A DNA stretch of 64,000 bases from Spirochaetia bacterium (GCA_965203905.1 CBDBDQ010000005.1:3520001-3584000), one strand, 5' to 3'; shown: positions 39,399-50,590, counted from the first letter of the stretch. Notes: generated by a model not told the origin, from the sequence alone. Numbers and translations: made by a program.

Positions 39399-41480
39399 CT
39401 ACGCGTGGGGCGGGTGCCGATGCTCGACAAGTAGGTCGTCGAGGAACTCGGAGGCCGGTTCCACGCCGGTGACCAGGAGATGATCGCGGGCGCGCGTGCA
39501 TGCGACGTAGAGCAGGTGGCGCTCGGTGGTGTAGACCTCGTCGAGCTCGGCCTGATCGCCGACGCGCTCGATTCTCGCTTGCGACGGCAGCACTTCGTCA
39601 TCACACGCGGCGACGACTACGGCCCGAAACTCCAGGCCCTTGGCGAGGTGCATCGTGCCGACTGCGACGTTGCCCGAAACGCCGCCCGCGTGCTGCGCCA
39701 GATCGACCGCCGAATACTCTGCGGCTTCAACGGAGGCGATGGCTCTGTCCAGTTGGCCCTTCGATCGGACGAACACGCCCATCTCGTGCGGGGTGTACCC
39801 TTCCTCTCCGCGTGATCTCAGCCACTCGGCAATTGCGGCTGTCTCTTCATCGGGCGAGGGCGAGATCCGAATGGTTGGCTCGGCTCCGTTGAATACGGAG
39901 ACGGTGCCAGTTCGCCGGTCGGTGTTGCCGTCCACGTCCGAGGTCTCGGGCGGGAGTAGCCGGTCTGCCTGCCGCCGGATCTGATGGGAGGTGCGGTAGT
40001 TGACCCGCAAGGTGTGCGAGCGCCCCCGGATGTCGATCCCCAAGGCGCGCCAGGAGAACGGGGTCTGGAAGATCCGCTGACCGAGGTCACCGGCAAAGAA
40101 CAGGGCATCGGGGCGCCCGGCGCCGAGCGCAGCCAGGAAGCGCAACTCGGCCACCCCGATGTCCTGAGCCTCGTCGACCACGCAGAACTCGAACGGTGGA
40201 CGATCCATCTTCGCGAGCTGACGCTCCAGACATCCGAACAAGCGCGGCTCGGTCAGGAGCGCATGCTCGTCAAGAGCGGCGGCCACCTTGGAGAAGATCG
40301 ACCAGAGGATCTCTCGCTGCCGTTCCGGCAGGCGAGTCCTGCGACCGAGCCGCGGCACGTCCCGGTACTGTTCCCAGCTTGCAAGCTGCCAGGCATCGAC
40401 CACTCGGCTCCACTCGGTCCAGAGGAAGCGCAAGCTGAACCGGACGTCTCCAACCTTGGCGGCGGCTTGGCGCAACAGCTCGCGCACGCGATCCGGGGTT
40501 GCCAGATCGGGGCGGCCGAAATGTGCCTGGTAGAGGCGCCGCCCGATGTCGGCCATTGCGTGCACCTCCAGCCGCTCGCCGATCTTCGGCTCGTTGGCGA
40601 TGAGTCGCACCACTCGCGCCCGCAACGCATCCGCGAGTGCCGGGGAGAACGTGGTCAGCAGCACGCGCGCGTCCGGATGGGAACGGGCCAGATGCACCGC
40701 TCGGTGCAGCGCCACGATGGTCTTGCCGGTTCCGGCGGATCCTGACACCCGGGCCGGGCCGCGGTAGCTCCGCTCCACTACCTGCCGCTGAGCGGGATGC
40801 AGAAAGACCGTCCACTTCTCCCATGGATACTCAAGCGCCCGTCGCAACTCCTCCTGGTTGGACATGACTCGAAAACGGCGTTGAGCATCGGGATGGGCAA
40901 ATGGATCTCCATCCGTGGCTCCGGGGTCAGGCCGCACCGGTGTGCTCCCGGTAGCAAGCTCCAGCAGCACCTCGGCGGCCTCTGCGGGAAGATGATCCGC
41001 CAGGGCCAGGAGCGCGTCCTCGTCGGCTACCTGCCTGACGTCATCCAGCCACTCGCCGGGCACTCCGTACGCCAACAACTGACTGTCCGCGACGCCGGCG
41101 AACAGGGCGCGTTCGGCAGCGACGTAACGCGGGATCTCGACCTTGCGCACCACTTCGCGGACTTCGACGAGTTGCGCCGCACCGGTGTGGGGATGCTGTT
41201 CGAGGCGCCGGCGTTCCGCCCAGCGATACGCATCGTCGTGCTCTCCGACGTAACAGAGCAGGAGATTGGCCGCCGTCTTGTGCACGATCATGCGGACGCC
41301 GCGATTGACCCGAACCGACCAGAAATTCTTGTCCCTTGCCCGCTCCACCCGATGGAACTGCATCCCCGGCTGTGCCGGATTGAGTTGCAGATCGAATGCC
41401 GTCGTTTTGGCGGCGCGCTGCTCCTCGCCAGGCAGCTTCGCCAGGCTATCCGCAAACGTGTCGGCTATACGGAATTCCAC
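39399..41480 (-). CDS. UvrD/REP-like SF1 helicase with N-terminal RelE-like domain
   Basis: N-terminal FADSLAKL..FWSVRVNRGVRMIVH..YVGEHDDAY; GSAGTGKT; VVDEAQD; HLAKGLEF; LYVACTRAR. Confidence 0.9.
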   Translation of the reverse strand: MEFRIADTFADSLAKLPGEEQRAAKTTAFDLQLNPAQPGMQFHRVERARDKNFWSVRVNRGVRMIVHKTAANLLLCYVGEHDDAYRWAERRRLEQHPHTGAAQLVEVREVVRKVEIPRYVAAERALFAGVADSQLLAYGVPGEWLDDVRQVADEDALLALADHLPAEAAEVLLELATGSTPVRPDPGATDGDPFAHPDAQRRFRVMSNQEELRRALEYPWEKWTVFLHPAQRQVVERSYRGPARVSGSAGTGKTIVALHRAVHLARSHPDARVLLTTFSPALADALRARVVRLIANEPKIGERLEVHAMADIGRRLYQAHFGRPDLATPDRVRELLRQAAAKVGDVRFSLRFLWTEWSRVVDAWQLASWEQYRDVPRLGRRTRLPERQREILWSIFSKVAAALDEHALLTEPRLFGCLERQLAKMDRPPFEFCVVDEAQDIGVAELRFLAALGAGRPDALFFAGDLGQRIFQTPFSWRALGIDIRGRSHTLRVNYRTSHQIRRQADRLLPPETSDVDGNTDRRTGTVSVFNGAEPTIRISPSPDEETAAIAEWLRSRGEEGYTPHEMGVFVRSKGQLDRAIASVEAAEYSAVDLAQHAGGVSGNVAVGTMHLAKGLEFRAVVVAACDDEVLPSQARIERVGDQAELDEVYTTERHLLYVACTRARDHLLVTGVEPASEFLDDLLVEHRHPPHA

Positions 41481-41540
41481 GTCAGCCCTGGTTGTGCCTT
41501 GAAGGGGAAGCTGCGTCGAGAACGGGATCCCGATGTCATT

Positions 41541-44042
41541 TCAGAAATCTGCTGCGACGGTGGTTGCGACTCGATTCGCCACCTCCGCATAGAGATCGAC
41601 ATCGACTTCCGGTGCCCTGATGCTGACAACTAGGGAGTACCGGGCGGCCCGGTCGTAGCGTTCGAGACGCGTACGGGTCTTCCACCATCCCAGCGCAGGA
41701 TAGGCGGCGATACATGCGCGGCTAGCGAGATCAGCGGCGGTTCCACGCCAGATGTCGCTATGGAGGGAACCGCGATGGCGCGCCTGCTTGCCTATCAACC
41801 AATGAGGATCCTCGCCGCTTTGACTGGTTCCCTGCTCTTCGTCGCGCGCGGCGGAGTTTATCCTGGCCCTGAACTCGTCGACGGACTCGTAGGGGCGTTT
41901 GACATCGAAACGGAGACCGTGGGACTCGTAACGGTAGCGGGAACGCCCTCGTTGCGACGGGTTCGGCTCGATGAAGTAGGAGAGTGTGACACGCATCTCC
42001 ACCTCCGTGTCGCCGAGTGATTCCAATGTATCCTGCGGCCAAGGGAGATTATGTAGGTGCATATCGCGGAGCGTGGCTTGTTTGCCTGTCTCTCGCTTGA
42101 AGGGATGCAGGATTTCTTGAACCACCATCGTCAGCGAATTCGCGACGCTCCACAGAGCCCGGTCAAGGTTCGGCACGCCATACCCGCAGCGCCGGACCAG
42201 ACGCCTGTAGTCAGCCTTCTTCGGTTGTGTATTGGTGGGTAAATAGGCACTCCTCATGGCATCAGTCCACTCCGTCGAATGAACGACCAGAGCGCGAATC
42301 GTCTCGGGCCAGAGCGCCGGATATGCGGTCATCAATTGGGCTGACAGGCGTGCAGCCAACGCTGCGGCTGCACTGGTCGCATTTGAAGTAGTAAGCAGGT
42401 TCACCGTCGGGCGATGATGTGTGGTCAGAAGGCTCAGGCTGGGAAGGGAAACCGCGCTCAAACTGTCCTTAGCTGCATTGCCGCCTTCAAGGACTATGTC
42501 CGGCTTCAGCGGCCATTGTGGCGGCCACGTCAGCGAAGTCGTGCTGAACGGGCTCAGACCTCCTCTCGGTGCGATCGACTCATAATCGTCACAGTCGGGG
42601 TCGGTAATCCGTACTCGCTCCGTGTACGCTCCGACGGTCAGCGCGTTCCATGCCTGTGCGGGGTCATGAACGCCGTCAGAATCGTTGCTGTGCGGGTAGC
42701 GAGACCAAGCGTTGGGATCGTCGACGTTACCAGCCGATATGACGAGCAGGCGTGGGTCAGCGCCGTCACCATAGCTATCTGCGGCGAGAGCGTCGACGGC
42801 CGCTGACCAAGCCGACGGACGGCCTCGGTCACGGTCATCACGTGCGGTGACCGCCATTACAAAGACCCGCAACCTATTCGGTGCGGTAACTTCAGGCCGC
42901 GTAACCGCCTGCACCGTGAGATACCCATGGTGTTGTGGATCGGTTCCCCCGCTGCGTCCCTGTGGCAGAAGCTTGACCGACTCTAGCCGGTGGCTCACGT
43001 CCACGTGGGAGCTGCCTGCGAGAAGGTTGGTCAAGTCTCCGGCGAGGGCCAAACCCGCCATCTCCGTACCGTGCCCATTGCTATCTCCAACGCCCCACGC
43101 CGGTTCGACAGTGTGTAGATCGTTCGCAGCAAGCGCGTTCCTGAGCATCGGATGGCCTCGAGTCACGCCGGTATCCAGGATGCACACGTGCGCTATCTCC
43201 GCGGCGTCTTCGGCGAAGGAAGTTCGGGCAAGTAGATCGTCAATCCATTCGTACTGTTCTTCCTGCGGAAGCGAATCGAAGAACTCGGCCGTTTCCTTGG
43301 CACGCCGCAGCTCCGCAACACTGTTCAACGTGAGCATGGACCGTTCCATCTGTTCGACGGATGCCAATACATGCAGTACCGTGCGCTCAGGAAAGCTCAA
43401 CTCACCCGGTGCCACGCGCATGTCCTGCGCTTCCGCAAGATTGCGGAATGTGCCGACGGTTTCGTTTCTGTCCCGCCGAATGGGCAGCCAGACTTCCCAC
43501 CATATTGGTCTTTCCCGTTCCGACGGGAAAGCATCCAGGTCCGTCCATAGCGCTCGAAGGCTTGCGGCACGAATCTCCCGAATTGCGTTGATCAGCCGCT
43601 TGTGGTCAAGAGATCGCCCGATGCGGTCCTGTTTTTCCGCCAAGTAGTCTTCGACAAGGCCTTGGAAGTGAGTGAGCTTCCCATCGGGAACGAATACCGT
43701 GGCGTAGGTTCGACCTTGGTGGTGGCGGACATTCAACAACTCGATGCCGGAGCGGTCCCGTGCCAGGCTCTCGAATGCAAGCTCGATGTCAGGGAAGCTC
43801 TCAAACTCGATCCGAAGTCCGAATCCCTCTTCGAGCCCTGCGTCCTGTTGCGCTACGCGAGCCGCCTCGGCCTCGGACTGAAGCTCCCCAAGCTGCCGCA
43901 TCAAGCCTGCCCCATGCCTCTGGCGGTCGCGCGCCGGGATGGTAGGCCGGCCGCCTCCTTCCTGCGGAGAGCGATATGGCTCAACCTCGGTGACGCCCTC
44001 CAGGATAAAGTGCCGACTTCTCTCCTCCGTCCCGTTTGCCAT
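41541..44042 (-). CDS. ietS: S8 subtilisin-like peptidase, IetS-type
   Basis: ILDTGV, HGTEMAG, ISAGN, NALTVGA, KPDIVLEGGN, ATSAA, GYGVP; directly downstream of an AAA ATPase. Confidence 0.85.
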   Translation of the reverse strand: MANGTEERSRHFILEGVTEVEPYRSPQEGGGRPTIPARDRQRHGAGLMRQLGELQSEAEAARVAQQDAGLEEGFGLRIEFESFPDIELAFESLARDRSGIELLNVRHHQGRTYATVFVPDGKLTHFQGLVEDYLAEKQDRIGRSLDHKRLINAIREIRAASLRALWTDLDAFPSERERPIWWEVWLPIRRDRNETVGTFRNLAEAQDMRVAPGELSFPERTVLHVLASVEQMERSMLTLNSVAELRRAKETAEFFDSLPQEEQYEWIDDLLARTSFAEDAAEIAHVCILDTGVTRGHPMLRNALAANDLHTVEPAWGVGDSNGHGTEMAGLALAGDLTNLLAGSSHVDVSHRLESVKLLPQGRSGGTDPQHHGYLTVQAVTRPEVTAPNRLRVFVMAVTARDDRDRGRPSAWSAAVDALAADSYGDGADPRLLVISAGNVDDPNAWSRYPHSNDSDGVHDPAQAWNALTVGAYTERVRITDPDCDDYESIAPRGGLSPFSTTSLTWPPQWPLKPDIVLEGGNAAKDSLSAVSLPSLSLLTTHHRPTVNLLTTSNATSAAAALAARLSAQLMTAYPALWPETIRALVVHSTEWTDAMRSAYLPTNTQPKKADYRRLVRRCGYGVPNLDRALWSVANSLTMVVQEILHPFKRETGKQATLRDMHLHNLPWPQDTLESLGDTEVEMRVTLSYFIEPNPSQRGRSRYRYESHGLRFDVKRPYESVDEFRARINSAARDEEQGTSQSGEDPHWLIGKQARHRGSLHSDIWRGTAADLASRACIAAYPALGWWKTRTRLERYDRAARYSLVVSIRAPEVDVDLYAEVANRVATTVAADF

Positions 44043-44051
44043 GGATTGTGC

Positions 44052-45041
44052 TCAGGTGGTCAGGCGGGTGGCGATGCTGCGGCGTTCTTCGAGCATCGCG
44101 GTGATCTTTGCTTCTCCGACGAGCCCCGACTTGGAGTTGATCAGCGCATCCTTCAAGGCTTCGTCAGCGGCGCGCGAGATGTCGGCGTGACTCAGCCCTG
44201 TCGCGGTGGCAGCCAGCCGACTCCATGAGACACTCGTGACTACGGTTCGGGCCAGGCGCGTCTTCAGCAGCTCTGCGATCTGAGCCTCATCGGGCATGTC
44301 GTAGTGGAGTACGTCGTCGAACCGTCGAAAGAGCGCGGGATCGAGAATCTCGAAGTGATTGGTTGCGGCGATCACAAGGCTGTAGGAGCGTTCCTGTTCG
44401 ATCATCTGGAGAAAGCTGTTCAGCACTCGGCGGATCTCGCCCACATCGTTGGTGAGGCCACGTTGCGAGCCGATGGCGTCGAACTCGTCGAAGAAGTACA
44501 CGCCTCGCATGCGGCTCGTGGAGTCGAACACCTGTCGAAGCCGTGCGGCGGTCTCTCCCATGTATTTGGTGATCAGCCCGTCCAGGCGTACCTGCAGCAG
44601 CGCGAGCCCGAGTTCGGCTGCCAGCACTGACGCGGTCATCGTCTTGCCGGTGCCCGGGGGACCGACCAGGAGGAGCTTGCTCCGGGGGACGAGGCCCTGC
44701 TCGATGATGCGCCCGGCATGGCGCTGCTCGCGGATCACGCGCTCTATCTGCTGCGCAAGGGGATTGCTCAGGATCATTTGACGGAGGCGGGCTTTCGGGT
44801 ACGAAGTCTCCAGGAGGCTTGCTGAAGCTCCGTGCGGTCGGTCTGCCGACACGTGTCCGAGCGGCCGTGGGGGACGTCCATTCTTGGCCTCGTCTACCAG
44901 AGCCCGCAACTCGACGGCGAGCTTGCCATGCCCGAGCTTGGCCTCATGCGCCGCCACCTGCATGGCGACCGAGAGGAATCGCTCGTCGTCGCCCTTGATG
45001 TGCGACCTGAGCAGCGCCTTGATCTGTTCAGCGCTGGCCAT
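44052..45041 (-). CDS. ietA: AAA+ ATPase, IetA-type
   Basis: GPPGTGKT, KYMGET, FFDEFDAIG, AATNH..LDPALFRRFD. Confidence 0.87.
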   Translation of the reverse strand: MASAEQIKALLRSHIKGDDERFLSVAMQVAAHEAKLGHGKLAVELRALVDEAKNGRPPRPLGHVSADRPHGASASLLETSYPKARLRQMILSNPLAQQIERVIREQRHAGRIIEQGLVPRSKLLLVGPPGTGKTMTASVLAAELGLALLQVRLDGLITKYMGETAARLRQVFDSTSRMRGVYFFDEFDAIGSQRGLTNDVGEIRRVLNSFLQMIEQERSYSLVIAATNHFEILDPALFRRFDDVLHYDMPDEAQIAELLKTRLARTVVTSVSWSRLAATATGLSHADISRAADEALKDALINSKSGLVGEAKITAMLEERRSIATRLTT

Positions 45042-45071
45042 AGGGCATTTTGTACTGTTGCGCCGCTATGC

Positions 45072-48020
45072 TCAAACGCGGAACACCTTCATTACCTCGT
45101 CGCCGAGGTGGTTGATGACCTTGACGGCGATGCGGCCGGAGGCCGGGCGGTCGAAGGGGCGGGAGGTGGCGCTGTGCAGGGTCTCCCACGCGTCACGGTG
45201 GATCTCGGCCTTGAGGGTGGTCTTGAGCGCTTTGTAGGGGTCGCTGGCGCCGAGGAAGTAGGCGTGGCGGACGAAGAAGCTCTCCTCGTTGTAGTCGGTG
45301 TCGACGAACCAGCAGGCGATGCCGTCGGGACCGTCGCTGCGGATTTCGCCGGTATTGGGATGGAACACGTCCACCCCGTTGACCTTGACCTGGATCTGGC
45401 CCGGCTTAGCCCCGTTGTCCTGGACCGGGATGATCTCGATGTCGGGCTCGCCGAAGATCACGAACAAGTTGCCCTTGCCGGTGTTCTTCAGGTCGCCGGC
45501 CATGTGCAGGTCGGCGTTCATACGCGCCTTGAGGACCGGGATGCGGCCGAGCTTGCTGAACTCGGACGCGTGCGCCTCGTAGCTGAACGCGCAGGCGACC
45601 AGGACGTCGAAGTCGGCATCAGCGGCTTCGCGGGCGGCAGCGACCAGATCGGGGCGGGTAACGGTGCCGAACTCGGGGCCGATGAAGATGCCCGCGCGGC
45701 GCTCGATCCCGGTGTCCGCATCACCTTCGATGTAGCGTCCTTCGGCGCCGATCAGATCGCCCGGCCAAGGGCTGAGGACGTTGAAGGAGATTCGATCCTC
45801 GCGGTGCGCCTGCTGCACGCCGGAGGTCTTCAGGTGCTCCAGGATCATGGTCGCGAAGTCCTGCTGCTCGCCGTAGCCGGTCTTGTTCTCGGCAAGATGG
45901 TCGATCAGCTTGTCATTCTCGTCGACGCCGAGTGTGCGGTGGGGCGCAAGGCTCTCCACCGTGAACGGGCCGGCGACGCGGACGACTCCACGATCCTCGT
46001 ACGGCTTGTCGTACAGGTACTCGAAGTCCGCCTTGGCGGCGATGGAGGCATCGATCTCCTCCTGTCGCGCAATGCGCGCTTCCCACCAGCGGCGGTGCAG
46101 TTCGGTCGGTGCAGCTTCCCACGGGTCGTGCGGCTCGTCGGGGACCTCCTCAGGCGTGTAGGTGCGGCCGAGAACGTTATTCAGTTCCAGCAGAGCCGTC
46201 CTTTTCTCCGCGTCGGAGTGGGCGGACTGGAGTTGCCTCCACGCGGCTGCAGCCGTCTCAGGCCACGGGTCCCCAGCCTCCCGAGGGATCTCCCACTCCT
46301 CCCACGCACGGCCCAATACATCGTTCAGTTCCTCCTGCAGCGGCTCCAGTGTGTCCTGCCACCGTTCCCATATCACGTCGATCTCGACGTTGTTAGCGAT
46401 CGACTTCAGGGTGATGTGCGGCACCCGCTCGTATACGAAACCCTGCCGGACGTCGTCGCCTGTGGGGCTGTCGGACGGCACGGTCTGGGTGAGCTCCGCT
46501 TCCTTCTGCCGTCCCGCCGGGCTGTCGGCGAGCAGGTAGTAGGGATAGCGCGCCGCCATGATGCGGGAACGAGCCAGTGCCAGCGCTACGCGGGACGTGT
46601 CGATGGTGATCCAGCGCCGTCCCCATTGTTCGGCTACATACGCGGTGGTACCAGAGCCGCAGGTCGGGTCCAGCACCAAGTCGCCGGGGTCGGTGGTCAT
46701 CAGGATGCAACGTTGGACAACCGAACGGTTCGTCTGGACAACATAAACGTTTGGATCAGCGAAACCAGACGTAATAGTATCAACCCAGAGATTCGAGTGA
46801 GGGAATATGCGAAAGTCATCCAAGAATCGAACATATCGGAGCGTACTTCCAATAAAGATCATGCGCTTCGCGTGTGCGATACGCCTCAGTCCGTCCGCAT
46901 CTGTTTTGAAAGTACCCTTGTTCACATAAAATGACTTCCCTTCGAATGTGAAGTCGCGAACGTCATCGCCCTGTGCCGGTCTTTGGCTGGTAATGTTGTC
47001 ATGAGCAAATACTTTCAACGAATCTTGTTTGATGCTCGACGCCTCCCAATCTACTAATGTTGCACGCGTACCTGACGCATCCTCACCAAAATTGTATTGG
47101 GTAGCGCCAGTGCCTCTGGGCTGCTTAATCTGGAATTGCGGTCGATATTTTGGTGTTGTTGATTTACTGAACCAAAGCAGCAGATCGAAAACTCCCGAAA
47201 GTGCTTCTGACGACGTGGAGGAGGTCTTCTGAAATACAATCTCTGAAACGAAGTTATCCTTTCCGAAGACTTCGTCCAACAGAGCGCGGACCAAATGGAC
47301 ATTCTCATCGCCGATCTGAACGAAGATGCTGCCGCTCTCCGTGAGCAGGTCTCGGGCCACCGTCAACCGGTCGCGCAGGTACGTGAGATACGAGTGGATG
47401 CCGTCACGCCATGTGTCGCGGAAGGCCTTGACCTGCTCGGGCTCGCGCGTGATGTGCTCGGCTTTGCCGTCCCTCACGTCGCGGCTCGTGGTGGACCACT
47501 GGAAGTTGGAGTTGAACTTGATGCCGTAGGGCGGGTCGATGTAGATGCATTGTACCTTGCCGCGCAGCCCTTCGCGTTCGGCGAGCGAGGCCATCACCTG
47601 CAGGCTGTCGCCGAGGATCATGCGGTTGGACCAGTTGGCGTCGTGGCGGTAGAACTCCGTTCGGGCGTTGTCGTCCGGCAGCCCGTTGAAGTCCGAGAAC
47701 AGGTCGAGCTGGTCGTCAGCCGCTTGCTCTCCTTCCTTGCTGCGGCGTAGCAGGTCGTCGATCAGCACCTTCGGATGGACCTTCTCCTGGATGAACAGCG
47801 GCGGCGCCTGCACCACGAGGTCGGACCAGTCCTGTTCGTCCTTGCCGCGCCACACGAGCTGCGGGTCGAGGTCTCGGTTACGGCGCCCATACGCCACCCG
47901 GATGGGGCTCTGATCGGCCTTCTCCATCACCGACTGATACTCCGCCGTGGGAATGTTCCTGCGCGACGCCTCGTCGTGCGTAATGGTATCGACGGTCTTG
48001 GTCTTTCTTCGTTTCGCCAT
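45072..48020 (-). CDS. mod: Type III restriction-modification methyltransferase (Mod, N6-adenine)
   Basis: YIDPPYG, LVLDPTCGSGTT, IAVKVINHLGDEV; res gene upstream. Confidence 0.9.
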   Translation of the reverse strand: MAKRRKTKTVDTITHDEASRRNIPTAEYQSVMEKADQSPIRVAYGRRNRDLDPQLVWRGKDEQDWSDLVVQAPPLFIQEKVHPKVLIDDLLRRSKEGEQAADDQLDLFSDFNGLPDDNARTEFYRHDANWSNRMILGDSLQVMASLAEREGLRGKVQCIYIDPPYGIKFNSNFQWSTTSRDVRDGKAEHITREPEQVKAFRDTWRDGIHSYLTYLRDRLTVARDLLTESGSIFVQIGDENVHLVRALLDEVFGKDNFVSEIVFQKTSSTSSEALSGVFDLLLWFSKSTTPKYRPQFQIKQPRGTGATQYNFGEDASGTRATLVDWEASSIKQDSLKVFAHDNITSQRPAQGDDVRDFTFEGKSFYVNKGTFKTDADGLRRIAHAKRMIFIGSTLRYVRFLDDFRIFPHSNLWVDTITSGFADPNVYVVQTNRSVVQRCILMTTDPGDLVLDPTCGSGTTAYVAEQWGRRWITIDTSRVALALARSRIMAARYPYYLLADSPAGRQKEAELTQTVPSDSPTGDDVRQGFVYERVPHITLKSIANNVEIDVIWERWQDTLEPLQEELNDVLGRAWEEWEIPREAGDPWPETAAAAWRQLQSAHSDAEKRTALLELNNVLGRTYTPEEVPDEPHDPWEAAPTELHRRWWEARIARQEEIDASIAAKADFEYLYDKPYEDRGVVRVAGPFTVESLAPHRTLGVDENDKLIDHLAENKTGYGEQQDFATMILEHLKTSGVQQAHREDRISFNVLSPWPGDLIGAEGRYIEGDADTGIERRAGIFIGPEFGTVTRPDLVAAAREAADADFDVLVACAFSYEAHASEFSKLGRIPVLKARMNADLHMAGDLKNTGKGNLFVIFGEPDIEIIPVQDNGAKPGQIQVKVNGVDVFHPNTGEIRSDGPDGIACWFVDTDYNEESFFVRHAYFLGASDPYKALKTTLKAEIHRDAWETLHSATSRPFDRPASGRIAVKVINHLGDEVMKVFRV

Positions 48021-48196
48021 CTACGGCAATTCCTCGTTGGGTACGGCGAGCGGGACTCTCAACGCCGGTAGCCACGGAGCGGTGGTTTCACGGATGAAGG
48101 TGCACATGACGCTGTCGACCATGCTCACGGAGCCAGAGCCGAAGCGGTCTCCCGTACGAAATTGGTGCCCGCCAATCATGAGTCGCGTGAGTGGTA

Positions 48197-49438
48197 TCAC
48201 GCATGGGCAAGCTCCTGTTCGACATCGTGCGGTTGTTTGTTCCGGTGGGTGCGCTCGAACAGATCGAGCTGGCGCGGAGCGGACCGCTGCGGGTCGGGGC
48301 GGAGCTGATCCATTCGTAACAGTTCGCCGGCGGTGAACAGGTGATCGCGGAGCGCGGAGCGGCCGGCCTCGTCGAGGGGGCCGATCCTGGTTTCGGCGTG
48401 CTCGGACCGGACGGCGAGGATCGCGCTCTCAGGTATCGTATCGTTGTCGAGCAGATCCGCACTGTGGCTCGTGACCACGACCTGAGCCAACTGACTGGCG
48501 TCAGTGAGGCTGTCGAAGAGGACTCCGGAGGCAGCCGGGTGAAGGGCGCTCTCCGGTTCTTCGATGCCGACCAGGTGGCGGCGGCGCATCGGATCACCCT
48601 TGCTCTGAAACAGCGCTACCAGGACACCCAGTGCGCGCAAAGTGCCGTCCGACATGTTGCCTGCGAGGAACTGCGATGGTTGCCTGGCGCCCCGTACATC
48701 CTGATGGAAATCGAGGGTCAGCTTGCTGCCGATCGTTCGTGCCGCAACACCGGTGACCCCGGGAGTCATTGCAGCGAGGTACTCTTCCACTACCGTCCTT
48801 CGGTCTCCGTGGAGGTTGGACAGAACGCTCGCCAGGTTGCTGCCGTCCCGTTTCAGGAGCTCGCCCGGGTCAGGTGCCTGCAGATCGCGGATTGCGTCCG
48901 GATTCAGGTTGTAGAAGCCCATTCCGGAAAGTGCGTCATAGAGTGAGCGGAACACGTCGAATCCAGACATGTTCACGAGGTAGAGGCGGTCGCTGGCGCA
49001 GGCCGGAGGATTGGGTATGGTGCTGGCCTCGACTTTGCCGTTTGCTACTTTGTACGAGCCGTGGCCGCCCTCGCCCACGAGGAAGCACTCTTCCTGCTGG
49101 ACGCTGTAGCGGCCGCCGGGCTTCGCCGCAACCCGAAACGCATACCAACCCTCCGCCCGAGGGAGCTGAAGATCAAGGCGAATGCCGAAGTGGTTCGGAT
49201 GGCCGCCGGAGCGTCTCCGTACCTCCTGGATGCCGCCGCGGTCGCGCAGCGCGTGATCGAGCGAGAAGCGTAGCGCCTCGGCCACGAAGCGTAAGGCATC
49301 GAGGAAGTTGCTCTTGCCGCAACCATTCGGACCTACGAGAAACGACAGGGGCGCGGGATACACGTCACAGGCGGCGATGCTCTTGTAGTTCCGCAGGGCG
49401 ATCCTGGTCACCAGCCGCGGGTCGGTGTGTCCGCTCAT
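48197..49438 (-). CDS. AAA_21/SMC-N type ABC ATPase
   Basis: NYKSI, GPNGCGKSN, MSDGTLR, IEEPESALHP, TSHS. Confidence 0.88.
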   Translation of the reverse strand: MSGHTDPRLVTRIALRNYKSIAACDVYPAPLSFLVGPNGCGKSNFLDALRFVAEALRFSLDHALRDRGGIQEVRRRSGGHPNHFGIRLDLQLPRAEGWYAFRVAAKPGGRYSVQQEECFLVGEGGHGSYKVANGKVEASTIPNPPACASDRLYLVNMSGFDVFRSLYDALSGMGFYNLNPDAIRDLQAPDPGELLKRDGSNLASVLSNLHGDRRTVVEEYLAAMTPGVTGVAARTIGSKLTLDFHQDVRGARQPSQFLAGNMSDGTLRALGVLVALFQSKGDPMRRRHLVGIEEPESALHPAASGVLFDSLTDASQLAQVVVTSHSADLLDNDTIPESAILAVRSEHAETRIGPLDEAGRSALRDHLFTAGELLRMDQLRPDPQRSAPRQLDLFERTHRNKQPHDVEQELAHA

Positions 49439-49598
49439 GTCTCCTGCAGGGACTCTTCAGTCCGTTCGCCTTCTGGTACGACAATCATCTGACCTGCAAT
49501 GACTGCCCCAACGGTTCGTCCCAGTGGTCTCTCATGGTGCCTCTCACCTCGGCGTCCTTGCACCAATACGGTACCGATGTGGAGCACGTAGTGACCAC

Positions 49599-50249
49599 CT
49601 ACTGGCCAACGGGCGTGCCTTGCGGGCGTTTCGGCGGCCGCGAAACGACTCGTCGTTCGCCTAGCCGCTGCTTCTCTTGCAGATCCCGACAGATCGCGTC
49701 CAGGTCATGATCGAACTTCCTGGCGTATGCATTGCGTATCTCTCGGATCTCCTTGACTATGGGATCTTCCAGCACAAACCTCATTCCTCCATTAATCCGA
49801 GTGGCGTACAGAGCCCCTTGGTACCCCGAGAACGCGCAGATGGCCTGAATTTGGTCGTGCAGTGCCGCGTTGGCGATGTGCCGACAATTCCAAGTCAACA
49901 GGTAGTCAATCCCATTGACGGTAGCTACCGCGATATGCAGCGCGTCGATTCCAGCTCTGTCGGGCAGGGGAGAATCAGCAAGCGACGATTTGGACAAGTT
50001 CCGTACGTCATCACTGATTGCGAGTACAGGAATATCCCCGATTGCCGAGAGCCGTCGTTGCGCTGCCCCGGGGTCACGTGACGATGCCTTTTCAACGACC
50101 GCTTGCGAAACGAACAGGTCGTACTTAATTCGTTGCTCGTCCCACCACATTCGTGTGACTTAATGGTGGGCTGCCATCATGAGTTGCAAACTTCTCCAAG
50201 CAGTCGAGTAGCTGATCACAGTCGTCTCGAGATACACACTCTGCCGCAC
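49599..50249 (-). pseudogene. PIN (VapC-like) toxin with internal stop, fused in-frame to its small downstream partner (EDPIVKEIREIR...)
   Basis: VYLETTVISY..stop near 50161..DALHIAVATVNGIDYLLTWNCRHIANA then EDPIVKEIREIRNAYARKFDHDLDAI. Confidence 0.78.
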
Positions 50250-50590
50250 CGGTTCCTCGCTACGTCCGATCACTCAACAATCGAAAACGAAGCCGTCGTG
50301 ACTTGGTTCGACCCACCCGCGACGAGCCGAGGAAAAATCCTGGCGAAAACATACTTGTCTAACCAACCTAACCCTATCTTGTTACTGTAATCGACGGAGT
50401 TCATGTTGATTCTCTGCCATCTCCTGACGAACTAGAGTCTCTCGGGAATCAAGATCGGCCTCCCCTGAACGATCAGATTCGCTTGCAGAGCGGTTAGGAA
50501 ACATGGGGAAATCTGTTGGACTTCGTCTGATCGGTGGAGGGGAGGTGCAAGTGCGCGTAACAGAAGCCGGTGCCGGTGTCCAGTTGGCAT

